This document shows, one piece after another, positions 45,370 to 54,252 of a DNA stretch of 64,000 nt. Both the position numbers and the translations under genes were made by a program. The notes beneath the pieces were generated by a model. That model ran no database searches and had not been told where the DNA came from. It was given only the letters and a program-made list of their open reading frames with translations. Numbering within the stretch: position 1 is the first letter of the stretch; every line of letters begins with the position of its first letter. Origin of the DNA: a virus; the IMG/VR virus record IMGVR_UViG_3300045988_173726, positions 96,001-160,000 of that record; one strand, 5' to 3'.

Positions 45370-45408
45370 GGGAAATACCTAGTCCAAGTGGCTAGGTATT
45401 TCCCGTTT
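45370..45408 (+). terminator. Rho-independent terminator
   Basis: GGGAAATACCTAG / CTAGGTATTTCCC, a perfect 13-bp stem, then GTTTAT. Confidence 0.75.
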
Positions 45409-45437
45409 ATAGGGAAATCACCGAGAGGGGATAGAGA

Positions 45438-45860
45438 ATGGAGTTTTTGCTTTCGATTGACAGAAAAGTGTGGATTGCGGCGATTGTGATTGTGGTAGCG
45501 CTCGGAGTGCTTGGGTTTGTCATTAAGCTTGTAAAGATGGCTGCCCTTTGCGCGGTGGTAGCGGTGATATTGACGCTTGGAAGCACAACGATAGCTAATG
45601 TGAAGAGGGATATAGGCTTCGACTACAAGGACGGCAAGTTTACTTTGCAGAACGAAGAGTTTAATATAGCGGACATCAAGAAAGCGGAGTTTACGAAGCC
45701 CGAGGGCGGAGTAGGAGTAATCTTTACAATGCAGGACGGGACATATCGAAGCGTTACGCTCCCGAAGAAGTACGGTTTAGCGGTGCAGGGCGTGGTAAGT
45801 ACGATTGAGAGTAAGATTAAAGAAGGTGCGGTTAAAGAGCTAAGTAAAACAGGAAAGTAA
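45438..45860 (+). CDS. Small membrane protein (two N-terminal TMs)
   Basis: ATG after GAGAGGGGA. TM segments VWIAAIVIVVALGVLGFVI and AALCAVVAVILTLG. Confidence 0.7.
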   Translation: MEFLLSIDRKVWIAAIVIVVALGVLGFVIKLVKMAALCAVVAVILTLGSTTIANVKRDIGFDYKDGKFTLQNEEFNIADIKKAEFTKPEGGVGVIFTMQDGTYRSVTLPKKYGLAVQGVVSTIESKIKEGAVKELSKTGK

Positions 45861-45881
45861 CGATTAAAGAAAGGTCGTATA

Positions 45882-45917
45882 AAGTCGTTGGGTCTACTGG
45901 AAAGCCCAGCGACTTTT
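45882..45917 (+). terminator. Probable terminator
   Basis: AAGTCGTTGGG / CCCAGCGACTT (one G-T pair) running into TTTT. Confidence 0.6.
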
Positions 45918-46000
45918 CTCTGTAAAGAAGTAGAGGAATACTTTGTATATCTTTCAGTACCCTGTGACTATATAGAGAAAGATTCTATTTAAGGAGGGCA

Positions 46001-47437
46001 ATGGTTTTGGGCGAGCAAAGTTTATCTTGGGACAGAAAATATCGTCCTGCGACATTAGATGACTATATGGGGGAAGCGATTAAGAAGCAGATAATGCCGA
46101 GGCTATCAGACCCGTCAAAGTATGCGCAGACATATCTATTAGAGGGAACGAGGGGTTCTGGAAAGACAACGCTTGCGCGTTTAATCGCAAAGGAGATGCT
46201 TTGTGAGCATAAGGTAGACGGTCACGCTTGTAATAAGTGCGGGTCGTGCATGGATTTGAACGAGAATCTGCTTTATGGAGACGGGTCTGTTAGGTTAGAC
46301 TCTGTGATTGAGATAGACGCAGGCGTAAATACAGGTAAAGAGGATGTAGCGAATCTGATGGACGAGATGGGGAATGAGCCTATCGGGTCGAAGTATAAGA
46401 TTTGCATCATAGACGAGTGCCATAAGTTGTCGCAGAGTGCGCAGTCAGCTTTGTTAAAGCGCTTAGAAGAGCCTAGAAGTTACGAGGTTTATATCCTTTG
46501 CACGACAAACAAAGAGAAGATGTTAGAGACTATCTTAGGTCGTTTAAGCGTAAAGGTTCATGTAACGAACGCGAATTTAGACGACTTAGTGCATAGGCTC
46601 TTGCATATCTGTAAAGCAGAGGGCGTAAGTATCGGCACAGAAGCGGTAAAGCGGATAGCAACGGTAAATGACTGTAATCCGAGAGAGAGTATCAAGATGC
46701 TAGAGGACTTGGTAAAGTCTGTAGGGCATGAGATACGGATTTCGGATGTGCTTGAGCGGTCGGGGTCGGTAAATACAGATTTGTATTTCGAGTATTTCAC
46801 TGCGGCGAACAAGAGCCAAGAGGCGTTGCTTGCGTTTATTGACAAGGTAAAGAGCGAGCATGTAGAGATAGGAGCGTTCTTTAGCGGTCTGGTGCGGTTT
46901 GTTTTAGACTGTATACGGCTAAGTTACGGAGTAGGGCTAGATAACTACACTTCAAAGTTTGTTTCTAAGGCAGTATCATTCTTTAAGCAGTACAATGTAG
47001 ATGAGATAGATACGCTTTGTCAGATAATGGAGTATACGCTTCGGACTTATACGGCAGATACGGATAAATCCGTATTAGGGGAGCTACTGATTTTAACGAC
47101 AGGCATGAGAATCGGGAAGATAAAGTTACTAACGGCGCACGAGGCGGCGAAGGTATCAAAGGCTACGAAAGAGAATGACGATGGGTTAAAGAAGTTTGCG
47201 GAGGGGATAGCAAAGAAGCGTGACGAGTCGCTTGACACGATACGGGAGACAGAGCTAAACAGCGGGGTATTAGCCTCGGTATTTGGTAGAGAGCTGGTAA
47301 AAGTGAGTAATGTAAGTTCAGCGAGTTTGTTCGGGGATGAGGATGACGAAGAGGAAGAGATAAGTGAGAGCGAGCATGACAGAAAGCTAACGGACGAAGA
47401 GTTTATCGGGGATTTCATGTCGAAGATTGGTAAGTGA
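46001..47437 (+). CDS. dnaX: DNA polymerase III gamma/tau (clamp-loader) subunit
   Basis: WDRKYRP, Walker A GTRGSGKTTLAR, zinc module CNKCGSC, Walker B/DExx IIDECHKLS, sensor LKRLEEP. ATG after AAGGAGG. Confidence 0.85.
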   Translation: MVLGEQSLSWDRKYRPATLDDYMGEAIKKQIMPRLSDPSKYAQTYLLEGTRGSGKTTLARLIAKEMLCEHKVDGHACNKCGSCMDLNENLLYGDGSVRLDSVIEIDAGVNTGKEDVANLMDEMGNEPIGSKYKICIIDECHKLSQSAQSALLKRLEEPRSYEVYILCTTNKEKMLETILGRLSVKVHVTNANLDDLVHRLLHICKAEGVSIGTEAVKRIATVNDCNPRESIKMLEDLVKSVGHEIRISDVLERSGSVNTDLYFEYFTAANKSQEALLAFIDKVKSEHVEIGAFFSGLVRFVLDCIRLSYGVGLDNYTSKFVSKAVSFFKQYNVDEIDTLCQIMEYTLRTYTADTDKSVLGELLILTTGMRIGKIKLLTAHEAAKVSKATKENDDGLKKFAEGIAKKRDESLDTIRETELNSGVLASVFGRELVKVSNVSSASLFGDEDDEEEEISESEHDRKLTDEEFIGDFMSKIGK

Positions 47438-47457
47438 AAAGGGGATAGATACGAGTT

Positions 47458-47486
47458 AAGGACGGGTTAGAAGCCCGTCCTTTTTG
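47458..47486 (+). terminator. Rho-independent terminator after dnaX
   Basis: AAGGACGGG / CCCGTCCTT followed by TTTTTG. Confidence 0.8.
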
Positions 47487-47573
47487 TATTTAGGGATTAT
47501 TTGTTTCCCTGCCAATGAACCACAGTCTGTTTCGCACGCGAAAAATAATTTAAGGGAAAGAGAGGTATTTTCC

Positions 47574-48332
47574 GTGAAAAGAGGCAGATTTGTGGCGATA
47601 CTTGCTTTAAGCCTAGCGCTATTTACGGCTATTCCAAGCTACGCGGCTAAGTCACTCGATGAAATCACGAGTAATACGAGCGCGGTAACGGAAACGGTAG
47701 CGGGCGGGCAGAGTAAGCAGGGAAGTTTGCCAGAGTTTACGCCAGACGCGAAGGGAAGCGATGTAACGAGACAGTTAGGGGATTCTATTAACCTAACAGC
47801 GGATACGGGTGCGATTTCCTACGCAAACAGGACGCTCGGCGGGGTTATCGGGAAGCTAGTACAGTTAATAAGCTTTGTCATCATCTTTTTGATTCCAGTT
47901 ATGACTGTGCTTGATTTACTGTATTTGGTTTCGCCAGAGCGTCTTGGTAGCATTCTGTCTGGCGGCAAGACAGCCTCCGCGCAGGGTAATAGCGGCGGTA
48001 TGGGCGGCTTTGGCGGTAACAGTTCGTTTGGTGGCATGGGCGGTTTTGGTGGCAACGGTGGCTTTGGTGGTAATAGCGGCATGGGCGGCTCTTCTATGGG
48101 TAACGGACAGCAGGGCGGTCACTGCTGGGTATCGAATGACGCTTTAGAGGCGCTAAGTGTCGGCAAGGGTAAGTATGGCTATTATTTTAAGGCAAAGGTA
48201 AAGGAGCTACTTATAGTTCCGATACTGATAACCCTTAATCTAACTGGTATCATGCCAAAGATAGGCTTTGCGCTTGGCAGTATACTGGTTAGCGCAGGCG
48301 AGTGGCTGTTAAAGGCTATCGGCGCAGTGTAA
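47574..48332 (+). CDS. Secreted/membrane protein with a Gly-rich (GGFGGN) segment; envelope paralogue 1
   Basis: The start is reassigned to an in-frame GTG at 47574 after GAGAGG; the track start lies inside the terminator. Signal peptide ILALSLALFTAIPSYA. Motifs VLDLLYLVSP and WVSNDALEAL are shared with 49761 and 50654. Confidence 0.7.
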   Translation: MKRGRFVAILALSLALFTAIPSYAAKSLDEITSNTSAVTETVAGGQSKQGSLPEFTPDAKGSDVTRQLGDSINLTADTGAISYANRTLGGVIGKLVQLISFVIIFLIPVMTVLDLLYLVSPERLGSILSGGKTASAQGNSGGMGGFGGNSSFGGMGGFGGNGGFGGNSGMGGSSMGNGQQGGHCWVSNDALEALSVGKGKYGYYFKAKVKELLIVPILITLNLTGIMPKIGFALGSILVSAGEWLLKAIGAV

Positions 48333-48342
48333 GGAGTAGTGT

Positions 48343-48648
48343 ATGTTTGAGCGACTACAGTCCGTCATGCGGAATAAGGACAGGGTAGAGCGTGAACGGA
48401 AGAAGCGGCGCAGAGCAGAAGTACAGGAGATGCAGTCGGACAGTTTGTTTCGGGCGCGTTTAACGGCAGACTTAAAGACGGTTAGCCTTTTGCTGATGGA
48501 TAAAGACATAGCGAGTGTGGTAGTGACAGCGGAGGATGCCAGCTTAGATAGGCTTGACGCGGCGATGTATGACTCCGAGATGGCAGAGTATGAAGTGGCT
48601 AAGAACGGTCGTGACTACGAGATACGGAATAAGACAGTAGATTTTTAA
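48343..48648 (+). CDS. Hypothetical small protein
   Basis: ATG after AAGGAG. Confidence 0.65.
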   Translation: MFERLQSVMRNKDRVERERKKRRRAEVQEMQSDSLFRARLTADLKTVSLLLMDKDIASVVVTAEDASLDRLDAAMYDSEMAEYEVAKNGRDYEIRNKTVDF

Positions 48649-48662
48649 GGGGGGGTGGTAGA

Positions 48663-49010
48663 ATGACAGTAGAAGAGCGTTTAACGGACATACAGCGTAG
48701 GACAGGCATATCGGAGGATATTATACGGTGTGTGTTAAAGGGCGAGACAGATTCGATTGTGGATTCTCTAAAGCGGGGCGAGAAAGCGACTTTAATCGGT
48801 CGGTGTTCGTTTGAGCCGAGGATAGCGAGATGCACGAGGGAGGACGGAACAGAGGGAACTTGCGCGAGGGTTAGTGTAACGGCATCGTCAAGGGTCACGA
48901 CCCCGCTTTATGAATTAAGCGACTTCCTTCCGAGTGAGCCTTCTCCGCAGGAGAAACTAATCGCGTCATCGGAGAATGTGCTGATAAAGCAGATAAAGGA
49001 GCTTGTTTAA
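48663..49010 (+). CDS. HU/IHF-like DNA-binding protein (divergent)
   Basis: Helical N-terminus, then GEKATLIGRCSFEPRI (compare G..V.L.GFG.F.V) followed by an arm-like segment. Confidence 0.5.
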   Translation: MTVEERLTDIQRRTGISEDIIRCVLKGETDSIVDSLKRGEKATLIGRCSFEPRIARCTREDGTEGTCARVSVTASSRVTTPLYELSDFLPSEPSPQEKLIASSENVLIKQIKELV

Positions 49011-49024
49011 CGGGGTGATAGAGA

Positions 49025-49759
49025 ATGACCTACAGGACGCACAGGGAGTTTGCGGTATGCTTTGTTATACTAGCAAACTTTCTGGTGTATAAGTTACATC
49101 TTAGTCAGACAGGCTATTATGTGAACTTAATAGTAATGCTTGTATGTGGAAAGCAGGGGGCGTTGTTTCCAGATGTAGACCACATATGGCAGAATGTGAA
49201 AGAAAAGACAACAATAAACTTTGTAATCAACAAGATAATTCACTTAACGGGCGGTAGGCATAGGAGTTGGCAGACGCATAGCTGGGATATATGGCTAATT
49301 AGTTTAATCGTGGCGTTACAGTTAAATGCTAGGCTAGACGAGTCAAACAGGACAGTGTTTATCTTGATAGTACTTGGTTTCTGGTCTGGGTGGTTTAGTC
49401 ACTTGTTTGCAGATATGTTGACGCTAGACGGGGTAAGGCTATTTGCCTTTACGAAGAAGAGCAAGGTAGCGTTTGTTCCGAAGAGAGCAAATATGCTAAA
49501 GAATCTTTTGATTTCTGTTACGCTAATCTTGCTTAGTGGGTCGGCATATATGCTACCTATACCAGAGTCAAAGACGGTAGCAACTATATTGTTGGTTGCG
49601 GGTTTAACAGTTCTGGGTGTTGCTCTTAAGATTAAGAACATGAAGTTCAATACGGGCGGCATCTGGGAGGAAACAGTTTACAGGGTAACGATAGTGTTCA
49701 ACGCAGTGTTTATGGTACTTGCGTTAGCCTATCCGCTATTAGAGAAAGTGGGGATATGA
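49025..49759 (+). CDS. YdjM/DUF457-like membrane-bound metal-dependent hydrolase
   Basis: GALFPDVDH, GGRHRSWQTHSW, FSHLFADMLTLDGVRLF; multiple TMs. Confidence 0.7.
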   Translation: MTYRTHREFAVCFVILANFLVYKLHLSQTGYYVNLIVMLVCGKQGALFPDVDHIWQNVKEKTTINFVINKIIHLTGGRHRSWQTHSWDIWLISLIVALQLNARLDESNRTVFILIVLGFWSGWFSHLFADMLTLDGVRLFAFTKKSKVAFVPKRANMLKNLLISVTLILLSGSAYMLPIPESKTVATILLVAGLTVLGVALKIKNMKFNTGGIWEETVYRVTIVFNAVFMVLALAYPLLEKVGI

Positions 49760-49760
49760 T

Positions 49761-50642
49761 ATGGGCATAAAGAGGTTTGCCGTGGCACTCATGGCATCGG
49801 TTTTCCTCGCATCCTCGGTCGCGCCAGTGACAGCGTTGGCGTATAGCAAGAGTGATGTCGAGGCAATTTACAACAAGTCGGGAGACAAGGGTTCGTATAG
49901 TGACGGCGCGTATACGGTAAACGGTAAGACGATAAGCGGCGTTTACTCGTCTGACGCAGAGGCACAGGCGGCGGGCTTAAGTAGCACGGTTCATGTGACG
50001 CTTGGCGGTCACACTTACAGTGTCTCGCAGGGTTCGCTTGATAGCCTTTACTCGGCGTTTTCGAGTCAGGTAGCATCAGAGAGCGCGGCGGCTTCGGATA
50101 AGTCGGCAAAGGGCGTAGAGGATAAGATAAATGCGTTAAGCAATAATCTAAATCTACAGGCAGATACGGATAGTGCTACAGTGGCGCTTGGCGGTTTCAA
50201 GCCGCTCGTGCAGACGATTGTTGGTATCATTGTTGTGGTAGTAATGCTTTGTACCACGGTGATTACGGGTGCAGATATACTGTATGTTACGATTCCGTTT
50301 GCAAGGTCGTTTATGGATAGTCACTTTGAAGGCGGCGGTGGGCTGTCGAGAAGCACAGAGGGCGGTGGAAACACTTTCAGATTCATCAGCGATGAGGCGC
50401 TTGCGGCGGTTAAGGCACAGGATACAGGTGAGGCAAAGGGCAGTGCTATTGGAAAGTATACGACAAGGCGTATACCAGCATTAATTATGCTCGGTATTTG
50501 TCTGTATATCTTCATGTCTGGACGAGTTGGACTGCTTATTGCTATCGGTGTACGGCTTGTAAGTGGCTTCATTGACCTAGTAGGTGGTGCATTTGGAGGT
50601 GGTTCTGCGGCAAGTGGAGCAATCATGTTCCTTGGTCTGTGA
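49761..50642 (+). CDS. Secreted/membrane protein; envelope paralogue 2
   Basis: Signal peptide ALMASVFLASSVAPVTALA. GADILYVTIPF, GGGLSRSTEGGGNTFRFISDEALAAV. C-terminal TMs. Confidence 0.75.
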   Translation: MGIKRFAVALMASVFLASSVAPVTALAYSKSDVEAIYNKSGDKGSYSDGAYTVNGKTISGVYSSDAEAQAAGLSSTVHVTLGGHTYSVSQGSLDSLYSAFSSQVASESAAASDKSAKGVEDKINALSNNLNLQADTDSATVALGGFKPLVQTIVGIIVVVVMLCTTVITGADILYVTIPFARSFMDSHFEGGGGLSRSTEGGGNTFRFISDEALAAVKAQDTGEAKGSAIGKYTTRRIPALIMLGICLYIFMSGRVGLLIAIGVRLVSGFIDLVGGAFGGGSAASGAIMFLGL

Positions 50643-50653
50643 GGTGACAGCTT

Positions 50654-51115
50654 GTGCAGTTTGAGATAGACAACTACGGGGATGTAGCGAACAGCTTTAA
50701 CTACGAGTCGGTTTATTCAGCAGAGCTAATGGTACAGCGATTTTTCGGCTTTGTGTTTGGAGTCATGCTAGTGCTTGTAGTCTTTCTAAGCTTCCTAGTG
50801 ACAGTGATAGATGTTGTTTATATCACATCCCCTATATTTCGGGAGAGTAAGTTTGCTAGGAAGTGGTCTGGCGAGCGAGATACGAGTCGATTTAAGTTTC
50901 GGTTTATCTCGTTTGACGCAGTGTCAGCGGTTGAGGAATCGGCGGTAGACTCTGCGGCTAGGTCAGCGCTTAGTCTGTACATGAAGAAGCGAGCGGCTAC
51001 AATAATAAAGCTAGGGGTTATCGTTGGACTGCTCACACTGGGTTCTGGGAAGATAGTAGCGATTGTAGCGAAGTTTGTTATACCGCTACTGCAAGGCTTC
51101 AAGATTTTGAATTAA
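50654..51115 (+). CDS. Membrane protein; envelope paralogue 3 (short)
   Basis: GTG after GAGGTGA. VIDVVYITSPIF, FKFRFISFDAVSAV. C-terminal TMs. Confidence 0.7.
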   Translation: MQFEIDNYGDVANSFNYESVYSAELMVQRFFGFVFGVMLVLVVFLSFLVTVIDVVYITSPIFRESKFARKWSGERDTSRFKFRFISFDAVSAVEESAVDSAARSALSLYMKKRAATIIKLGVIVGLLTLGSGKIVAIVAKFVIPLLQGFKILN

Positions 51116-51139
51116 GGGGATAAAAGGTTAAGTCTAGGG

Positions 51140-51184
51140 TAGACGGCGGGCATGATAAGGTGTCTGCCGTCTATCTTTGTTTAA
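51140..51184 (+). terminator. Probable terminator
   Basis: TAGACGGC ... GCCGTCTA followed by TCTTTGTTT. Confidence 0.6.
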
Positions 51185-51281
51185 TAGCGGTAAAGATATT
51201 AGAATGCAAGCAGTACCCATTAGTTTATTCTGGGAATGAGTTTAAGGCAAAGTTTGGTCTTTTTAAGCGGGAGGGCTTTCA

Positions 51282-54239
51282 GTGAGTAAGAGGAAGAGTA
51301 AGAGGGCAGGAAGCCCTTTTCGGCGGGTGTTTATGAGCCTAGGAGTTATGTTAGGCTCTGTTATGCTAACTTCGTGTTCGGGTTCTATCGGAGATGTGCT
51401 TGACTCATATAGTACAACGATTCAGTCTAGGGTAGACTGGAATAAAGAGCAGTTAAACACGCTTGCGGGCGCGGGATTGGTTTCTGCGCAGATGAAGGAG
51501 AATATCTTTAACGAGATAGATAGCAATGTAGGAAAGATAGCGAAGCTTGACGGTAGTGGAGATGAACAGCTAACGCAGGATAAGATAAATCTAATCAAGA
51601 ACTTCATTGTACATTCGACAGCGAACGGGGATTGGGCTGAAAAAGACGAGTCTGGAAAGTATGAGATGTGGAAGTCTCACGGTCACGGAGTAGTACCAGA
51701 GAAGCTAGGGGCAGATGACACATCAAAGGGATTTGAGATATTTGCAAATAAGGACGCATCAAGCACTTCTGCGGGGGATAAGCTAGACACGATATTGACT
51801 TCTGCAAAAGTTTATGTGTTAAACACTTCTGCGTTGTCTGGAAAGGATTTAGCAGAGGTATCAAATGCTTGTAAGTCGATAAAGGATTTAAGAGATAAGT
51901 GTAAGGGGGATGAGTCCTCTTTATCTGACGAGGATAAGGCGACTTTAACAGCGGCGCGTGCAGTCGTAAATGCAAGTTTCGTTAGGACGGATATAACAAT
52001 ACTAAAAGACCAGTCGTTAATGACGAATACGCTTGATAACGACAATGTGCAGTGGTCTGGGGATGCGGATGATGCAAAGACTACGGAGGCAGACGCAAAC
52101 AAGACAGGAAACGAGGGAGCAAACAAGGACTTGGTATTCCTGTCGGGCGGGTATCCTGCATTTTCTATGCGACTTCACGAGTTAAATGGAAAGACGGTGC
52201 AGGATTTATTAAAGCTTGTTAAGAACTCAAACGATGCGTTCCTAATAGATGACGCGAGTAATGGCGGTAATAAGGTGTATAGCATGGTTTATCCGTTAAG
52301 CTATGTAGATAGTTTAGAGTGGGACGGAACGAACGCAAAGACGCATATATCGCAGTCGAATCTTGTGAGTGTAAACATCATGACAGGTAGTGTCGTGAAT
52401 ACGACACCGACAGACCTTCTAAATCAAGACGAGAGGAAGGCGCTTGAGAAGATATTTCGTGCAGTGAACAAGAATAATGAGGGCGGTTCTTCGTTTATCG
52501 TGGGCGAGCCGATAGATTACACTTGGAAGTATCAGAATAGCTCCGATACGGTAAGTTATCGTTGTAACTCAATCGTGCTTAGAGATTATCTTGAGTATAC
52601 TTATCTTCCAGACTTTATGAGTGGTGGAGAGCAGTTTGTATCACTCGGACGGCGTGTTAGGTTAAACGAGTTTAATACGGATGGCACGGTAAAGGATATA
52701 AATAACTTTGGATGGTTTATTGACCGAGAGGGAAAGCGAGTCGAGGGTGCGAAAGCGGTTTCGATAAACGACTTGGTAGATTTTCGTTCCGGTAATACAG
52801 ATAATAAGGGGACAGCAATACGGCTAAATAACACGATGTCGGACGGGGGGACGGTAAAGAGTGATTTAACAGAACCCAGTTGGCTTACAAGTACGGGAGC
52901 TACGCAAGGCATCAATATAGGCGGTGGCGATAGTGGAAGTAGTAGTGGCGGAACAGGTGACGGAGCTTGGCAACAGGGAGAGGACGGAAGATGGTGGTAC
53001 AAGTACAATAACGGCACATATCCAAAAGATAGGGTAGTCACTATCGGTGGCAAGAAGTACGGCTTTGATAGTGAGGGATGGATGCTTAGTGACACGACTA
53101 AGACATTTGGCGGTACGACATATAGCTTTGCGGCAGACGGTGTAGCGACAGCGCAGACGAGTAGCAGTGGGTCTAACAGCAGTAGTAGCAGTAACGGAGA
53201 GTGGCAACAGAGTTCTGACGGGAGATGGTGGTATAAGTTTAGTGACGGCACATATCCGAAGAACAAGGTTGAGACGATAGGCGGTAAGAAGTACGGCTTC
53301 GATAGCGAAGGTTGGATGCTTAGTAATACGACTAAAGAGTTTAGCGGAACGACTTATAGCTTCGGGGCAGACGGCGTAGCGACTTCTTCTGGAGCTAGTG
53401 GGGACGGAACGAACGGAGCAAACGGGACAAGCGGGGATAATACGCAGGAAGCACAGTCACAGGTAAAGACTTTTACAAAGAGTGAGTATGCTACAAAGAT
53501 ATGGATGACGACCTATTTTCCGATAAAGGATGACGACAATAAGTTCAGTTTAGCGGCGAAGGATGCGGGTGCTATCGGTACAGACAAGTCGGTAGATATT
53601 TTGTACGGCATGTGCATCAATGTATCGGTGTTTGACAGTCAGTTGTATAGCAGTTGGATTTCAATAAGTGACGAGGCTTCGACTTCTGGCGGTATTGCGT
53701 GGTGGAATCAGTGGCTTGGGTCAGCGCATTATAGCTATCATATCGACACAGACAGGCTAAAAGAGTATCTGGATATGAACTTCACAGCGGATGTGCTTAG
53801 TAAAGACACGAATCGTATCATATTAAATCCAACTACAATAGCGAAGATACAGACGGACTTTAATACCGACAAAAGAAAGTCAAGCTACGGGAGTATGCAG
53901 GCGGCGTTTAAGATAGTAGGTATATTTATGATAGCCTATGCGATTCTGTTGCCTTTGGCTTGGGCGTTTGACACACAGACGGTAGCGGATTTCAAGATTG
54001 TAAATCTAATCACCTTCGGTAAGCGCGAGGCGATAGTTAGTAAAGAGGATATTCCAGACTATAACGAGAATAAGAAGCAGTATTTAACCTTTAGCGGAGC
54101 AATATTCTCTATGATAGCGATAATAGGTTTATCGGTGCTTCTTTTAACGGTAAACTTCATGGCTGTAGTAGCTGGGATTGTGAATGTGCTGATAACGCTT
54201 GTAGAAGGTTTGCAGAATGCTTTCTTTAACTTGAGATAA
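51282..54239 (+). CDS. Large lipoprotein with cell-wall-binding repeats and C-terminal TM segments (985 aa)
   Basis: GTG after GGGAGGG. Lipobox VMLTSC. Two WQQ..DGRWWYK...GKKYGFDSEGWML modules. C-terminal hydrophobic helices. Confidence 0.8.
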   Translation: MSKRKSKRAGSPFRRVFMSLGVMLGSVMLTSCSGSIGDVLDSYSTTIQSRVDWNKEQLNTLAGAGLVSAQMKENIFNEIDSNVGKIAKLDGSGDEQLTQDKINLIKNFIVHSTANGDWAEKDESGKYEMWKSHGHGVVPEKLGADDTSKGFEIFANKDASSTSAGDKLDTILTSAKVYVLNTSALSGKDLAEVSNACKSIKDLRDKCKGDESSLSDEDKATLTAARAVVNASFVRTDITILKDQSLMTNTLDNDNVQWSGDADDAKTTEADANKTGNEGANKDLVFLSGGYPAFSMRLHELNGKTVQDLLKLVKNSNDAFLIDDASNGGNKVYSMVYPLSYVDSLEWDGTNAKTHISQSNLVSVNIMTGSVVNTTPTDLLNQDERKALEKIFRAVNKNNEGGSSFIVGEPIDYTWKYQNSSDTVSYRCNSIVLRDYLEYTYLPDFMSGGEQFVSLGRRVRLNEFNTDGTVKDINNFGWFIDREGKRVEGAKAVSINDLVDFRSGNTDNKGTAIRLNNTMSDGGTVKSDLTEPSWLTSTGATQGINIGGGDSGSSSGGTGDGAWQQGEDGRWWYKYNNGTYPKDRVVTIGGKKYGFDSEGWMLSDTTKTFGGTTYSFAADGVATAQTSSSGSNSSSSSNGEWQQSSDGRWWYKFSDGTYPKNKVETIGGKKYGFDSEGWMLSNTTKEFSGTTYSFGADGVATSSGASGDGTNGANGTSGDNTQEAQSQVKTFTKSEYATKIWMTTYFPIKDDDNKFSLAAKDAGAIGTDKSVDILYGMCINVSVFDSQLYSSWISISDEASTSGGIAWWNQWLGSAHYSYHIDTDRLKEYLDMNFTADVLSKDTNRIILNPTTIAKIQTDFNTDKRKSSYGSMQAAFKIVGIFMIAYAILLPLAWAFDTQTVADFKIVNLITFGKREAIVSKEDIPDYNENKKQYLTFSGAIFSMIAIIGLSVLLLTVNFMAVVAGIVNVLITLVEGLQNAFFNLR
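52968..53384 (+). repeat. Tandem 234-nt duplication (two 183-nt units, 52968-53150 and 53202-53384) encoding the cell-wall-binding module
   Basis: The units align nearly base-for-base and are separated by a Ser-rich linker. Confidence 0.85.
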
Positions 54240-54252
54240 GAGAGGTAACAGA

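Noticed and set aside
46001-47437. Programmed -1 frameshift site in dnaX (A AAA AAG type)
   Set aside because: No slippery heptamer with a downstream hairpin was seen in the reading frame.
47911-48147. Alternative-frame ORFs on both strands within the GGFGGN-coding stretch
   Set aside because: The repetitive GGC/GGT-rich DNA keeps several frames open. Only the frame with the signal peptide and TM helices is coherent.
52601-53266. 221-aa and 113-aa minus-strand ORFs across the duplicated wall-binding modules
   Set aside because: They are open only because of the repeat composition. The plus-strand frame encodes clear wall-binding repeats.
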